Translations under genes and position numbers: made by a program
Notes under the pieces: model-generated
The model's input: the letters and a program-made list of their open reading frames with translations, nothing else
Told to the model about the DNA's origin: nothing
The model's database searches: none
From: Mogibacterium sp.
GTDB lineage: Bacteria > Bacillota > Clostridia > Peptostreptococcales > Anaerovoracaceae
Direction of reading: 5' to 3'
Assembly: GCA_017433975.1 (NCBI GenBank)
Contig: JAFRGD010000024.1
Span: forward strand, 5,595 to 69,594
DNA length: 64,000 nucleotides
Part shown: positions 1 to 9,035 of the stretch, piece by piece
How positions within the stretch are numbered: position 1 is the stretch's first letter
How the letters are laid out: the number at the start of each line of letters is the position of its first letter

Positions 1-551
1 GCGTTCCCACCGTCGACCCGGCAGGCGGCAAGGATCTCTTTCCACAGCCGTTCCTCGGCCTCCCGGACGCTGAGCTCCGGAAACACCGCGGCCGCCCATG
101 CAAGGGACGGTACCGCGCAGACGCACCACGGGCATTGGAACGTCGACAGCCTCTCGCGGAACGTCCGAAGCGCCCTGCCGGAGCTGATTTGCGACCGCCG
201 GAGACGGTCCGGGTCCACGCCGCGGAGGCTCTCCGGGTCCTCCGAATGGATCGTCAGGAACGCCGCTCCTTCTTCCGATAAAATGTCGCAGTAATCGACC
301 TCCCAGGAATGAACTTTATCGAAAACCGCATCATCGGCGCGCAGGTACTTCATACGTGTAAGGGCGTCGTCGCGCCAACGCACCAGTACTTCTTTGCAGC
401 CCGCCTCGTAGGCCGCGGCCGCGCAGAGCCGCGCGAAGTCCGCGTTCACCACAGGACATGTAATGGACAGCCGCTGCCCAGGCTGCAGGTTGAGGCCGGA
501 TTTGATCACGAGTTCAGCGTACTCTCTTTTGAGCTTTGCGAGTTCAGTCAT
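1..551 (-). CDS. M29-family aminopeptidase (AmpS/PepS-like), N-terminal ~183 aa; the 3' end lies beyond the window start
   Basis: Own translation of the minus strand from the ATG at 549-551: MTELAKLKREYAELVIKSGLNLQPGQRLSITCPVVNADFARLCAAAAYEAGCKEVLVRWRDD... The frame stays open to position 1, so it is absent from the ORF track. The N-terminus resembles the conserved start of aminopeptidase II/PepS proteins. Confidence 0.8.
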   Translation of the reverse strand, partial: MTELAKLKREYAELVIKSGLNLQPGQRLSITCPVVNADFARLCAAAAYEAGCKEVLVRWRDDALTRMKYLRADDAVFDKVHSWEVDYCDILSEEGAAFLTIHSEDPESLRGVDPDRLRRSQISSGRALRTFRERLSTFQCPWCVCAVPSLAWAAAVFPELSVREAEERLWKEILAACRVDGGN

Positions 552-619
552 TCGTTCAGATTCCTTTCACATCATAAAAACCGCGATTGCCGTTCCGGGA
601 TGTCCCGACTTCAGTATAG

Positions 620-820
620 TCATTCCCGCCCGCCGAGTGTTCTGTTCATGAGCGCGGAAACGACCGGCTTACCGTCCCGGTCGAGCAAAGCCGTCAGACC
701 GCCCCCATATCCGCTGCAGTGATAGAGATAGTGCACGCCGGTTTCGGTATCTACCCAGATCTCGGTCACGTTCATGGTTCCCTGTGAGAACACCTTCTGA
801 AATCTGTCGCTGTAAGACAT
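620..820 (-). CDS. DUF6440-like small protein (66 aa)
   Basis: ORF 620..835. The GGAGG inside the TTG-initiated extension sits 7 nt upstream of the ATG at 818-820, so the start is probably MSYSDRF. The segment VDTETGVHYLY..SGYGGGLTALLDRDGKPV matches the DUF6440 pattern as I recall it. Confidence 0.6.
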   Translation of the reverse strand: MSYSDRFQKVFSQGTMNVTEIWVDTETGVHYLYHCSGYGGGLTALLDRDGKPVVSALMNRTLGGRE

Positions 821-850
821 TTCATTTACCTCCAATTAGTTCATGATGTA

Positions 851-880
851 AAAAACACCGCCGACTATAAAGTCGGCGGC
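851..880 (-). terminator. Rho-independent terminator of the tRNA operon
   Basis: 9-bp stem ccgccgact/agtcggcgg with a 4-nt loop, followed on the minus strand by a U-run (plus-strand aaaaa at 851-855), immediately 3' of tRNA-fMet. Confidence 0.75.
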
Positions 881-889
881 GATGATCCT

Positions 890-965
<76 letters not shown>

Positions 966-1022
966 ATATTGAGTTTGGCGAATGTCATGAACCGGTTGGA
1001 ACGGCCGCCCCATAAACACCGT

Positions 1023-1111
1023 TGGTGCCGGTGACCGGGGTCGAACCGGTACGATCTGTTAGGATCGCGGGATTTTAAGTCCCGTGCGTCTGCCTATTCC
1101 GCCACACCGGC
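1023..1111 (-). tRNA. tRNA-Leu (anticodon UAA), class II with long variable arm
   Basis: Reverse complement reads GCCGGTGTGGCGGAATAGGCAGACGCACGGGACTTAAAATCCCGCGATCCTAACAGATCGTACCGGTTCGACCCCGGTCACCGGCACCA. The 7-bp acceptor stem is GCCGGTG/CACCGGC. The CCA end is encoded. Confidence 0.92.
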
Positions 1112-1118
1112 TTAAAAA

Positions 1119-1193
1119 TGGCGCCCCGAGTAGGGCTCGAACCTACAACCTACCGGTTAACAGCCGGTTGCTCTGCCATTGAGCTATCGAGGC
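1119..1193 (-). tRNA. tRNA-Asn (anticodon GUU)
   Basis: Reverse complement reads GCCTCGATAGCTCAATGGCAGAGCAACCGGCTGTTAACCGGTAGGTTGTAGGTTCGAGCCCTACTCGGGGCGCCA. The cloverleaf folds, with one G:U pair in the acceptor stem. The CCA end is encoded. Confidence 0.9.
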
Positions 1194-1224
1194 GCATCCT
1201 TGTCATATCATTCGCGACTTGTTG

Positions 1225-1253
1225 ATTATATACAACTTTGTGGTGGATGTCAA
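1225..1253 (-). promoter_or_regulatory. Consensus sigma-A type promoter of the Asn-Leu-fMet tRNA operon
   Basis: The minus strand reads TTGACA (1248-1253), a 17-nt spacer, then TATAAT (1225-1230), about 30 nt upstream of tRNA-Asn. Confidence 0.8.
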
Positions 1254-1265
1254 CACCCTTTTTAT

Positions 1266-1299
1266 TCAAAAGGGACGGAAGTATCTCCGTCCCCTTTTC
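1266..1299 (-). terminator. Terminator downstream of the GH2/GPH-transporter operon
   Basis: Stem gggacgga/tccgtccc with a 6-nt loop, flanked by A-run and T-run, 36 nt after the transporter stop at 1335. Confidence 0.7.
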
Positions 1300-1334
1300 A
1301 CTCGTTTTCAACGGATCTTCAGGCCGCGAAGCCG

Positions 1335-2690
1335 TTAGCCGCGCGCCTTGATCTCCTCCGAGATCTCGTTGAGCTTCTGCTCGGTCAGCAGGAAGCGTTT
1401 CTTGAACACGAACACCGCGAACAGGAGGCCGACGATCGGCAGAATCGTCATCGTCATCCGCAGTCCGAGGATGGACGACGCCGACAGCGACACGGTGTCG
1501 TCGCCGATGCTGAAGATGTGCACGCAGACCGCCGCGATCATGGCCGAAACGCCGGACGCCAGCTTAACGACGAAGGTCTGCATCGAGAAGATGACGCTCT
1601 CATCGCGCCGGTTGTTCTTGAGTTCGCCGTAGTCGACCGTGTTCGCGAGGAAGACCGTCGTCAGGACGGTCAGCATGCCGAAGGCCGCAAAGATGAAGAA
1701 CGCCGGGACGAACAGGACGTAAAGGGTCGTCACGCCAAGCATCATCAGGACGAGCAGGACCGCGTATCCGCCGACCGCCATGATGAGGCTCACGTTGAAG
1801 ACCTTGATCGTCGACAGGAACCGCCGGAGCAGCGGGAACAGGATCATCATCGAGAGGATCTGGATGCCGCCGCCAAAGGTGTTGAACAGTGTGTAACCGT
1901 CCTCCCACTGCACGCCGCCGACGTCGTACTTAAAGAAGTAGATCAGCAGGTTGGACGTGATGTAGAGTGAGCAGTTGATGAGGACGATCGCGATGACGAC
2001 CGTCATCGCCTGGTCGTTCTGGACCAGCGCGGTGAACATCTGCTTTACCGACGGAGAGTCGACGTCGACCGTGGACTTCTCCTTGATCGTCATGCACATG
2101 AGCGTGATGAAGACGATGAAGAGAATCGCGATGATCAGGGTAAAGCGCCGGAAGCCGATGACTTCGTCCCGTCCGCCGAGGAGCATGACGCACTTCATCG
2201 TGATGATTGTGATAATCGCCGAACCGACGCCCGCGCAGGACCGGGCCAGCGTCGTCAGGTTCTCACGCTCCTTGCCGGTGTCGGTGAACGCCGGAATCAT
2301 CGACCAAAACGGAATGTCCATCATGGTGTAGGTCACACCCCAGAGGATGTACGTGATCGCCGCGTACGCGACCAGCCCCTTGCCGTCCATCGCCGGCGGT
2401 GCCGCATACATGAAATACAGTACGAACGCGTTTGTTATCGTACCTATCATCAGCCACGGTCGGAACTTGCCCCACCGCGTGCGGGTTTTTGCGACGACGA
2501 CGCCCATGATCGGGTCGTTGAACGCGTCGAAGATCCGCGCCGCCATGATGATCACACCCATCGCGATGGCCGACACGCCCATGATATCCTGATAGTAGTA
2601 CAGGATATAACTGGCGGACAGCATGTAAACCATGTCCTTTCCTATCGCGCCGAGGCCATAGGATACTTTTTCTTTGCCTGTGAGTCTCAT
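1335..2690 (-). CDS. Glycoside-pentoside-hexuronide (GPH) family cation symporter (MelB/XylP-like MFS)
   Basis: 451-aa polytopic ORF. The N-terminus LGAIGKDMVYMLSASYILYYY...DAFNDPIMGVVVAKTRTRWGKFRPW is the GPH signature region. Its ATG overlaps the GH2 stop (ATGA). Confidence 0.88.
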   Translation of the reverse strand: MRLTGKEKVSYGLGAIGKDMVYMLSASYILYYYQDIMGVSAIAMGVIIMAARIFDAFNDPIMGVVVAKTRTRWGKFRPWLMIGTITNAFVLYFMYAAPPAMDGKGLVAYAAITYILWGVTYTMMDIPFWSMIPAFTDTGKERENLTTLARSCAGVGSAIITIITMKCVMLLGGRDEVIGFRRFTLIIAILFIVFITLMCMTIKEKSTVDVDSPSVKQMFTALVQNDQAMTVVIAIVLINCSLYITSNLLIYFFKYDVGGVQWEDGYTLFNTFGGGIQILSMMILFPLLRRFLSTIKVFNVSLIMAVGGYAVLLVLMMLGVTTLYVLFVPAFFIFAAFGMLTVLTTVFLANTVDYGELKNNRRDESVIFSMQTFVVKLASGVSAMIAAVCVHIFSIGDDTVSLSASSILGLRMTMTILPIVGLLFAVFVFKKRFLLTEQKLNEISEEIKARG

Positions 2691-5107
2691 TTGTCTGTTC
2701 CTTTACTGATCGTGAATGTTATCTCTTCGCGCGGGCTGCCCGGCAGGACGAGGAGCAGCTTTGCCTCCCCTGCCTCACCGGTCGTCCTCACGTAGGTGCC
2801 GCCCATGCCGCCGTTCAGCGAAATGACCGGCGGGCCGATGATCTCGAGCGGGCCCTTGACCCGCATCGCGATCGGATCGTTCGCGTAATTGAGGAGGGTC
2901 CCGTTCTCGTCGAGGAGGCGGATCCGCACCGCCGCGACGTCGTAGGACTTGCCCTCGGTCAGCGCGTGGCTGCTCACACGGAGATCGAGCCGCCGCTCCG
3001 TCATCAGCGCCTTGTTAACCTCTTTGACGACCTTACCGTCGCGGATCGCCTCGAAGCGGTACGTCGCCACGTTGCCGCCCCAGTTGCCGATGTACTTATC
3101 ATACAAGGCCCGCGCGTCCTGCAGGTTCATCCCGTAGCGGACCAGCGCCTTGGCGCCCGCGGCGTACGCGGTCGGCGGGAGTTCGTTCAGGCCCTTCAAA
3201 GCGACTTCGTTCAGCAGGGCCTTGACCGTCTCCGCCTGCGCCTTGCTCATCCCCTCGTTCGCCATGAGGACGTCACCGATGTAATCGTCGATCAGGATCG
3301 GTCCGTGCGCGAGGTGCCGGTACGGGCTGTCCTCCGGCCGGAACTCCTTGATAAACGTACCGTTCCGATAGAACCGTACGGATTCCGCGTTGGTAAAGAG
3401 GTAAATGCAGTCCATCCGGCTCTCCGGGTGCTCGCCGATGTCCATGCTCGAACTGACTTCGAGAACCGGGGTCTCTTCTTGTTGTGACGCGTAGACCGAC
3501 GCGGCGAGCTTTGGATTGCGGAACATGTCCATCACGCCGTGGTGGCAGATCCGGTCGCCGCTGCCGAACTCCTGGTGCGTGTTGTAGTCGAACATGCACC
3601 AGCCGAAGCTCCCCGCGGTGTCCCGGCGGCCCGCGACGCTGTCGATGACGGTCGCGTGGCGGAGCGCGTGCTCCAGCCGGTGCGCTTCGCAGTCGTAGGA
3701 CTTGGTCGGGAACATGTGACCGTTATACTCCGTGACCATGTACCCCTTCTCCATGTCCGGGGTCACCTTGGCCTTGTCCAGGCTCCCTTCGTTCTTTCCG
3801 TAGAAGGAGAAGTCGTTGAATGTATAGACGTCCTCGAGCAGGCTGCTCTGCCGGATGCACCGGACGCCGCCCGTCTGCCGGGACGGGTCCAGCATGTGCG
3901 CGAGGCGGTTGGTCCGCGTGTAAAGCGCGTCGTCGTCCTTCGACTCGTTGATCCGGACGCCCCAGAGCATGATGCTCGGGTGGTTGCGATACTGCAACAC
4001 CATCTCGCGGACGTTGGTCAGTGCCTGCGCCTTCCAGGCGTCGTCGCCAATGTGCTGCCAGCCCGGGATCTCGGTAAAGACCAGCAGGCCGATCTCGTCG
4101 CACCGCGAAATGAAACTGTGCGCCTGCGGATAATGCGACGTCCGCACCGCGTTCAGGCCGAGCTCGTTCTTGAGGATGTCCGCGTCGAGCGCCTGCATCG
4201 AGTCCGGCATCGCGTATCCCTGATACGCGTAGCTCTGGTGGCGGTTCAGCCCGCGGATCTTGAGCTTCCACCCGTTCAGATAGAAGCCGTCCTTGCGGAA
4301 CACCGCGCTCCGGAACCCCGTCACGACGTCCTTGCGGTCGACGACCGTCTCCCCGTCGAGGAGTTCCGTCCGCACCACGTAGAGCGTCGGCGCGTCGATG
4401 TCCCAGAGCGTCACGGACGGCAGATCGTACTGCGTGACGCCCCGCTCCGCCGGGCATGCACCGAGTTCAGTGAAGTCCTCCCCCTCCCTGCGGCGGATTG
4501 ACTGGCGGACCGTCAGGCCCTGCGGCGCTTCGATCTCGAGCTCCGTGTGGAGCACGGCGGCCGCCGTCCCGTCGACCGTCGGAGTGTCCGGAAGTTCGGA
4601 CCACACGAACACGTCACGGAGGTACGACGGCTCTTTGACCTCGAGATAGACGTCCCGGTAGAGGCCGCCGTACGTCAGGTAGTCGATGACGTTGCCGAAC
4701 GGCGGGACGTTGAGGTCCTCGCGCGTGTCGAGCCGCACCGTGATGACATTGGCCGGTCCCGCCGGGTCGTACGACACCAGGCCGGTGATGTCCACGGTAA
4801 ATGCGGTATAGCCGCACCGGTGGCGCGCCGCCTCGGTTCCGTTGACGTAAACAGTCGCGTCGTGCGCCGCCCCTTCAAACGTGAGGAGCAGCCGCTTTCC
4901 CGCCCAGATCGGATCGACGTCGAGCATGCGACGGTAGCCGCATAGCATCTGGTATTCGGTTTCTGAAAAATAATGGAATGGGACCACCTTGCAGGTGTGC
5001 GGGATGCGTACCGGCGTCAGCCCGCCCGCGTAGTCCGGCGACCGCAGCTCCTCACGGTACTCCTCCGTAAAGCCCCATCCATCATTCAGATAGATTCGTT
5101 CTATCAT
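2687..5107 (-). CDS. Glycoside hydrolase family 2 (beta-galactosidase/beta-glucuronidase-like)
   Basis: 806-aa ORF. It has a GH2 sugar-binding N-domain, NHPSIMLWGVRINES (acid/base region) and VTEYNGH (nucleophile region). It is co-operonic with the GPH symporter. Confidence 0.88.
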   Translation of the reverse strand: MIERIYLNDGWGFTEEYREELRSPDYAGGLTPVRIPHTCKVVPFHYFSETEYQMLCGYRRMLDVDPIWAGKRLLLTFEGAAHDATVYVNGTEAARHRCGYTAFTVDITGLVSYDPAGPANVITVRLDTREDLNVPPFGNVIDYLTYGGLYRDVYLEVKEPSYLRDVFVWSELPDTPTVDGTAAAVLHTELEIEAPQGLTVRQSIRRREGEDFTELGACPAERGVTQYDLPSVTLWDIDAPTLYVVRTELLDGETVVDRKDVVTGFRSAVFRKDGFYLNGWKLKIRGLNRHQSYAYQGYAMPDSMQALDADILKNELGLNAVRTSHYPQAHSFISRCDEIGLLVFTEIPGWQHIGDDAWKAQALTNVREMVLQYRNHPSIMLWGVRINESKDDDALYTRTNRLAHMLDPSRQTGGVRCIRQSSLLEDVYTFNDFSFYGKNEGSLDKAKVTPDMEKGYMVTEYNGHMFPTKSYDCEAHRLEHALRHATVIDSVAGRRDTAGSFGWCMFDYNTHQEFGSGDRICHHGVMDMFRNPKLAASVYASQQEETPVLEVSSSMDIGEHPESRMDCIYLFTNAESVRFYRNGTFIKEFRPEDSPYRHLAHGPILIDDYIGDVLMANEGMSKAQAETVKALLNEVALKGLNELPPTAYAAGAKALVRYGMNLQDARALYDKYIGNWGGNVATYRFEAIRDGKVVKEVNKALMTERRLDLRVSSHALTEGKSYDVAAVRIRLLDENGTLLNYANDPIAMRVKGPLEIIGPPVISLNGGMGGTYVRTTGEAGEAKLLLVLPGSPREEITFTISKGTDK

Positions 5108-5139
5108 ATGGTTCCTTTTCTTAAAAATGGGTCAGTGAA

Positions 5140-6342
5140 TTATCTGCCGCTCGTGTAGTTGTCGAAGTACCCCTGGATCAGGATGACCGGCGTACCCTTG
5201 TCGCCCGAGCCGCTCGTCAGATCGCAGAGCGAGCCGATGAGGTCGGTCAGGCGGCGCGGCGTGGTACCCTGCGAAGCCATGTCGCCGACCAGGTCGGATT
5301 TCTTCTCCTTGATCTTGCCCACGATCGCGGCGCGGAGCGCGTCGCCGGACAAGTGCGCAAAATCGTTGTCCGCGAGGTATTTCAGTTTGAGTTCGTTTGG
5401 CGTGCCGTCGAGTCCCGGCGTGTAGAATGGGGAAACGACCGGGTCCGCGAGCTCCCAGATCTTGCCGACCGGGTCCTTGAACGCGCCGTCGCCGTAGACC
5501 ATGACCTCGACGTGCTTGCCGGTGCGGGCCCAGATTTCCGCCTGGATCCGCGTGACCAGTGGCATCGCGTCACGCGGGAACAGTTTGACCATGCCTTCGG
5601 TCGATTTGTTCGAACCGAGCAGGCCGTACTTCTCGTTGTACCCGCTGCCGTTAACCGGTGCATTCAGGATGTCGTCCAGACCGCAGACGTTCGCGCCTTT
5701 GGCCTTGAGGATGCGCTTGGTGCGGGCGCGCGTGTGGATGTCGCACGTGAGGACGTTATTGGTATAGTTGAGGATGACCTCCGGGTGGTTCGCGAAGATG
5801 ACCTCGGCCTCAGCACCGGACTGCTCGATCAGGTCGCAGTAATACTTGACGTAGTCCACGCCCGTGAATTCGTGCACGGTCTTGCCAAAGATCTCGCGGT
5901 ATTTGTCCAATGTCAGGACGTCACTATACGGGTTGACGCCGGACGCATCGATCTGGTCCATCGTCAGCAGCGCGTTCCCCACCTCGTCGCTCGGATAGCT
6001 GAGCATCAGGACGACCTTGCGGGCGCCTTGGGCGATGCCGCGGAGGCAGATGGCGAAGCGGTTGCGCGACAGGATTGGGAAGATCACGCCGATGGTCTCT
6101 CCCCCCAGTTTATTCCTGACGTCTTCGGCGATCGCGTCGACCGACGCGTAGTTCCCCTGCGACCGCGCCACGACGGACTCGGTGACCGCGATAATATCTC
6201 TGTCCCGGATCGCAAAGCCTTCGCTTTCCGCGGCCTCAAGCACGCTGTCGACGACGATTGCCGCCAGATCGTCACCCTCCCGGATGATCGGGCAGCGGAT
6301 GCCGCGCGAAACGGTACCGACTCTTCTCTCACTCGTTCCCAT
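5140..6342 (-). CDS. F420-0:gamma-glutamyl ligase-like (CofE/PF01996-type) protein
   Basis: ORF 5140..6366. AAGGAG lies 7 nt upstream of the ATG at 6340-6342, giving the start MGTSERRVGTV. GTVSRGIRCPIIREGDDLAAIVVDSVLEAAESEGF..IIAVTESVVARSQGNY resembles clostridial CofE-like proteins. Confidence 0.7.
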   Translation of the reverse strand: MGTSERRVGTVSRGIRCPIIREGDDLAAIVVDSVLEAAESEGFAIRDRDIIAVTESVVARSQGNYASVDAIAEDVRNKLGGETIGVIFPILSRNRFAICLRGIAQGARKVVLMLSYPSDEVGNALLTMDQIDASGVNPYSDVLTLDKYREIFGKTVHEFTGVDYVKYYCDLIEQSGAEAEVIFANHPEVILNYTNNVLTCDIHTRARTKRILKAKGANVCGLDDILNAPVNGSGYNEKYGLLGSNKSTEGMVKLFPRDAMPLVTRIQAEIWARTGKHVEVMVYGDGAFKDPVGKIWELADPVVSPFYTPGLDGTPNELKLKYLADNDFAHLSGDALRAAIVGKIKEKKSDLVGDMASQGTTPRRLTDLIGSLCDLTSGSGDKGTPVILIQGYFDNYTSGR

Positions 6343-6412
6343 AGTCATACTCCTTCTGTTAAGCAATATTACGATTAAAATTTATCATAGAACCGTTGAA
6401 AGTACAACACTT

Positions 6413-6901
6413 TTAGAACGTAAAGTACTCCACCTGCGTCCCGTGGTCCGCGAGCACCGCGACGAGGTCTTCGGTCTGCAAATACACGCTCGCGGTGTTG
6501 TCGTTCGGGTGCACGGCGATCACGTTTCCTTTGAACCGGTCGTCAACGTACACGCGGACCTTGCCCTCGGTATCGTTCAGGGCGCCGAACGGCGAGACCG
6601 CGCCGGCGAACACACCGAGGATGGACTCGAGATACTTCTCGGAGGCGAAGCCGACGCCCTTGATGTTGAACCGCTCGCCCAGGGATTTGAGGTCCACCCT
6701 CTGATCTGTCGCGACGACGAAGATATAGAAGTTCTTCTTTTTTGCATCGCGGAGGAAGAGGTTTTTGGCGACGAACTCCTCGTGCGGCAGCCCGAGGGCG
6801 GCCATCCCCTCCATGGTGTAAACCGCTTCGTGCTCGATCGCCTCGTACTGGATCCCCTTGGCGTTGAGCAGATCGTAAATCTCCTGTTTTCCGTAGCTCA
6901 T
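6413..6901 (-). CDS. YbaK/ProX-type aminoacyl-tRNA editing domain protein (prolyl-tRNA synthetase associated)
   Basis: 162 aa. The length, the N-terminal EIYDLLNAKGIQYEAIEHEAVYTMEGM and the AVSPFG motif are typical of ProX/PrdX-like trans-editing proteins. Confidence 0.8.
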   Translation of the reverse strand: MSYGKQEIYDLLNAKGIQYEAIEHEAVYTMEGMAALGLPHEEFVAKNLFLRDAKKKNFYIFVVATDQRVDLKSLGERFNIKGVGFASEKYLESILGVFAGAVSPFGALNDTEGKVRVYVDDRFKGNVIAVHPNDNTASVYLQTEDLVAVLADHGTQVEYFTF

Positions 6902-6913
6902 GTTGTCCTCCTG

Positions 6914-7741
6914 TTATTTCACGAAGTCATCGATCGCCTGCGCCGCGACAAGCCCCTTGCGGTACAGAGCTTTTACCATCTCCATGTCGCGGGTCAGCGT
7001 CTTCATGCCGCCGATGTCGTCCGGCGCGACGATGAGCACCCTGCCGCTCCGCTCAAGGTCGAGAATCGCGTCGAGCTCGCGGTTGTAGGTCTCCGCCCGC
7101 GCCGCGAGGGTCCGGGCCGCCGCCGGATACGACCGCTCCACGATCCGGGCAAAGCGCGCGTCCTTCCGGCCGGTCCGGTGCATGTCCTTCGGCCGCGTCA
7201 GAACGACCACGAGCCGGTCGCACCCCGCGTCGAACGCGTACTGGAACGGGATCGGGTCCGAGATGCCGCCGTCGTAATATGGCTTGCCATTCACCAGGTA
7301 CGGCTGATTGATCCCCGGCACGCAGGAGCTCGCGCAGATCGGCGCGTAGTTCCCCTCGGAAAGGTCACGCTTGGTGAAATACACCGGCGCACCGGTCTCC
7401 GCGTCCGTCGCCACGATGATGAACTCCGCCGGGTCCGAGATCATGGCTTCAAAGTCGAGCGGGCACTCCTTGAGGAGCTCCCCGTACACGTAGTCGAGGT
7501 TGACGTACGAGCGCGTTTTGAGGAAGTTCCGGACGCTCATGTATTCGCTGCGGAGGGAATACTCCGTGTAAAACTTATAGTTCCGGCCGAACTCCCCCGC
7601 CCGGTACGCGACGAGGTTGGCCGATCCGGCGGAAACGCCGATTTCATAGTCAAAGTGGATGCCGCGGTCCAGGCAATAGTCGAACACCCCGGATCCGAAC
7701 GCGCCGCGGAGGCCGCCGCCGACGTCGATGACTCCAATCAT
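6914..7741 (-). CDS. Patatin-like phospholipase family protein
   Basis: Oxyanion GGGLRG near the N-terminus, nucleophile motif GVSAGS, and DGG near the catalytic Asp (YYDGGISDPIP). Confidence 0.88.
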   Translation of the reverse strand: MIGVIDVGGGLRGAFGSGVFDYCLDRGIHFDYEIGVSAGSANLVAYRAGEFGRNYKFYTEYSLRSEYMSVRNFLKTRSYVNLDYVYGELLKECPLDFEAMISDPAEFIIVATDAETGAPVYFTKRDLSEGNYAPICASSCVPGINQPYLVNGKPYYDGGISDPIPFQYAFDAGCDRLVVVLTRPKDMHRTGRKDARFARIVERSYPAAARTLAARAETYNRELDAILDLERSGRVLIVAPDDIGGMKTLTRDMEMVKALYRKGLVAAQAIDDFVK

Positions 7742-7789
7742 TCTCTCTCCATTCTCCTTTTCAAAGTCTGCTATCGTTTAAGATCCGCG

Positions 7790-8296
7790 TCATTCCAGGC
7801 TGCCGATGCGGGCGGACCACGCCGCGATCAGCCGGTCGAGCGACATCGCCGCGTTGGCCGGGCTCGTGCTCGGCAGGCGGATAGCTTCGATCCCAAGCTG
7901 CGGATACTGATATTTCATGTACAATTCGTGGGCCTTCCCGCCATTGGTGTAGATCCGCATCCCGACACTGGACCCGGCGAGCACCGGCCGGAGATCCGTC
8001 ACGACGACGTCCGCAATCGAACTGTCCGACGACCCTTCGATGGAGCAGCTCTGAATGACATCGTAGAGCGCGATGTGGTTCCGCCGGAGGAAGGCCTGTT
8101 TGTCCGGAAGTGTCACCGGGGCCGTCTCGCCCGCGATCGCGGCCATCACTTTCCAGAAGCGGTTCTGCGGATGCCCATAATAGAAGCTCGCCGCGCGGGA
8201 CTTGACCGACGGGAAGCTCCCGAGGATGAGAATCCTCGAGTCCATATCATAAAACGGCCCGAAGCCGTGGTCGAACGTCGCCCGGGCGCCCATCAC
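7790..8296 (-). CDS. DNA-deoxyinosine (hypoxanthine) glycosylase, UDG superfamily
   Basis: 168 aa. SRILILGSFPSVKSRAASFYYGHPQNRFW is the characteristic N-terminal motif of this UDG family. Confidence 0.8.
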   Translation of the reverse strand: MMGARATFDHGFGPFYDMDSRILILGSFPSVKSRAASFYYGHPQNRFWKVMAAIAGETAPVTLPDKQAFLRRNHIALYDVIQSCSIEGSSDSSIADVVVTDLRPVLAGSSVGMRIYTNGGKAHELYMKYQYPQLGIEAIRLPSTSPANAAMSLDRLIAAWSARIGSLE

Positions 8297-8925
8297 CGCT
8301 CCCCTCCCAGATAATCAAAGACGATCCGGTGCGGAACTTCATATTTCTCGTCGGTCACATGGAACCGTCCGTCCCGGAGTTCAAAGACGAGGACGTCGCA
8401 GTTGTGCACGTCCACATCCCAAAAGTCCTTGAGGTCCTTGTTCTCGAGCATCAGGAGCATTCCGTGGATCACCGCCCCGTGCGTGGCGACGAGGATGCGG
8501 TCCTCCGCACCGCCGACCCTCTTCATGTCTTCAAAAAACGAATCGATTCGCGCGAACATCTCGTCAAAGGTCTCCCCGGCCGGGTCCGGCACGTAGTTCG
8601 CCGGGTCCCGGAAGAACGCGCGCTGCTCCGGCGGCAGGTCGTCGTAGCCGATGCCCTGGACCGCGCCAAAACAGAGCTCCTGCAGCCGGTCGTCGACCTC
8701 GTACTCTCCCGGCGCCAGGCCGGTCACCGTCTCGCAGGTGTACCGCGCCCTCCGGAGCGGGCTCGAGTAGACTTTGTCGAATTCAATATGATTCTCCAGG
8801 AGGATCTCCCGGATCTCCCGCGCCTGCTGAAAGCCGACTTCGCTGAGCTCCGCGTCGATCGTCCCCTGGATGCGTTTCTGGTCGTTCATGTCCGTCTGTC
8901 CGTGACGAAGAATGTATAGTTTCAT
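8293..8925 (-). CDS. Histidine phosphatase (phosphoglycerate mutase-like) family protein
   Basis: N-terminal LRHGQT motif (MKLYILRHGQTDMN), later SPLRRA and a THG motif. There is a 4-nt overlap with the downstream gene. Confidence 0.88.
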   Translation of the reverse strand: MKLYILRHGQTDMNDQKRIQGTIDAELSEVGFQQAREIREILLENHIEFDKVYSSPLRRARYTCETVTGLAPGEYEVDDRLQELCFGAVQGIGYDDLPPEQRAFFRDPANYVPDPAGETFDEMFARIDSFFEDMKRVGGAEDRILVATHGAVIHGMLLMLENKDLKDFWDVDVHNCDVLVFELRDGRFHVTDEKYEVPHRIVFDYLGGER

Positions 8926-9035
8926 GCCCTACAATTTCCTGTCTTGTTTTAAAATTATACCATAAAGCACCCCGATATGTTATACTACAAACGACGATTC
9001 TGACATGCAGCGATTCTGACAAGGAGACACGACCG

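Noticed and set aside
309-722. 137-aa plus-strand ORF at the window start
   Set aside because: The opposite strand encodes a convincing M29 aminopeptidase N-terminus (1-551) and the DUF6440-like gene. The plus ORF has no recognisable features.
6182-8314. 710-aa plus-strand ORF spanning four minus-strand genes
   Set aside because: It is antisense to well-supported genes (ProX-like, patatin, glycosylase). Its composition is dominated by R/D/V/H/E/P, as expected for the reverse frame of GC3-rich genes. It has no recognisable motifs and no RBS. It is a shadow ORF.
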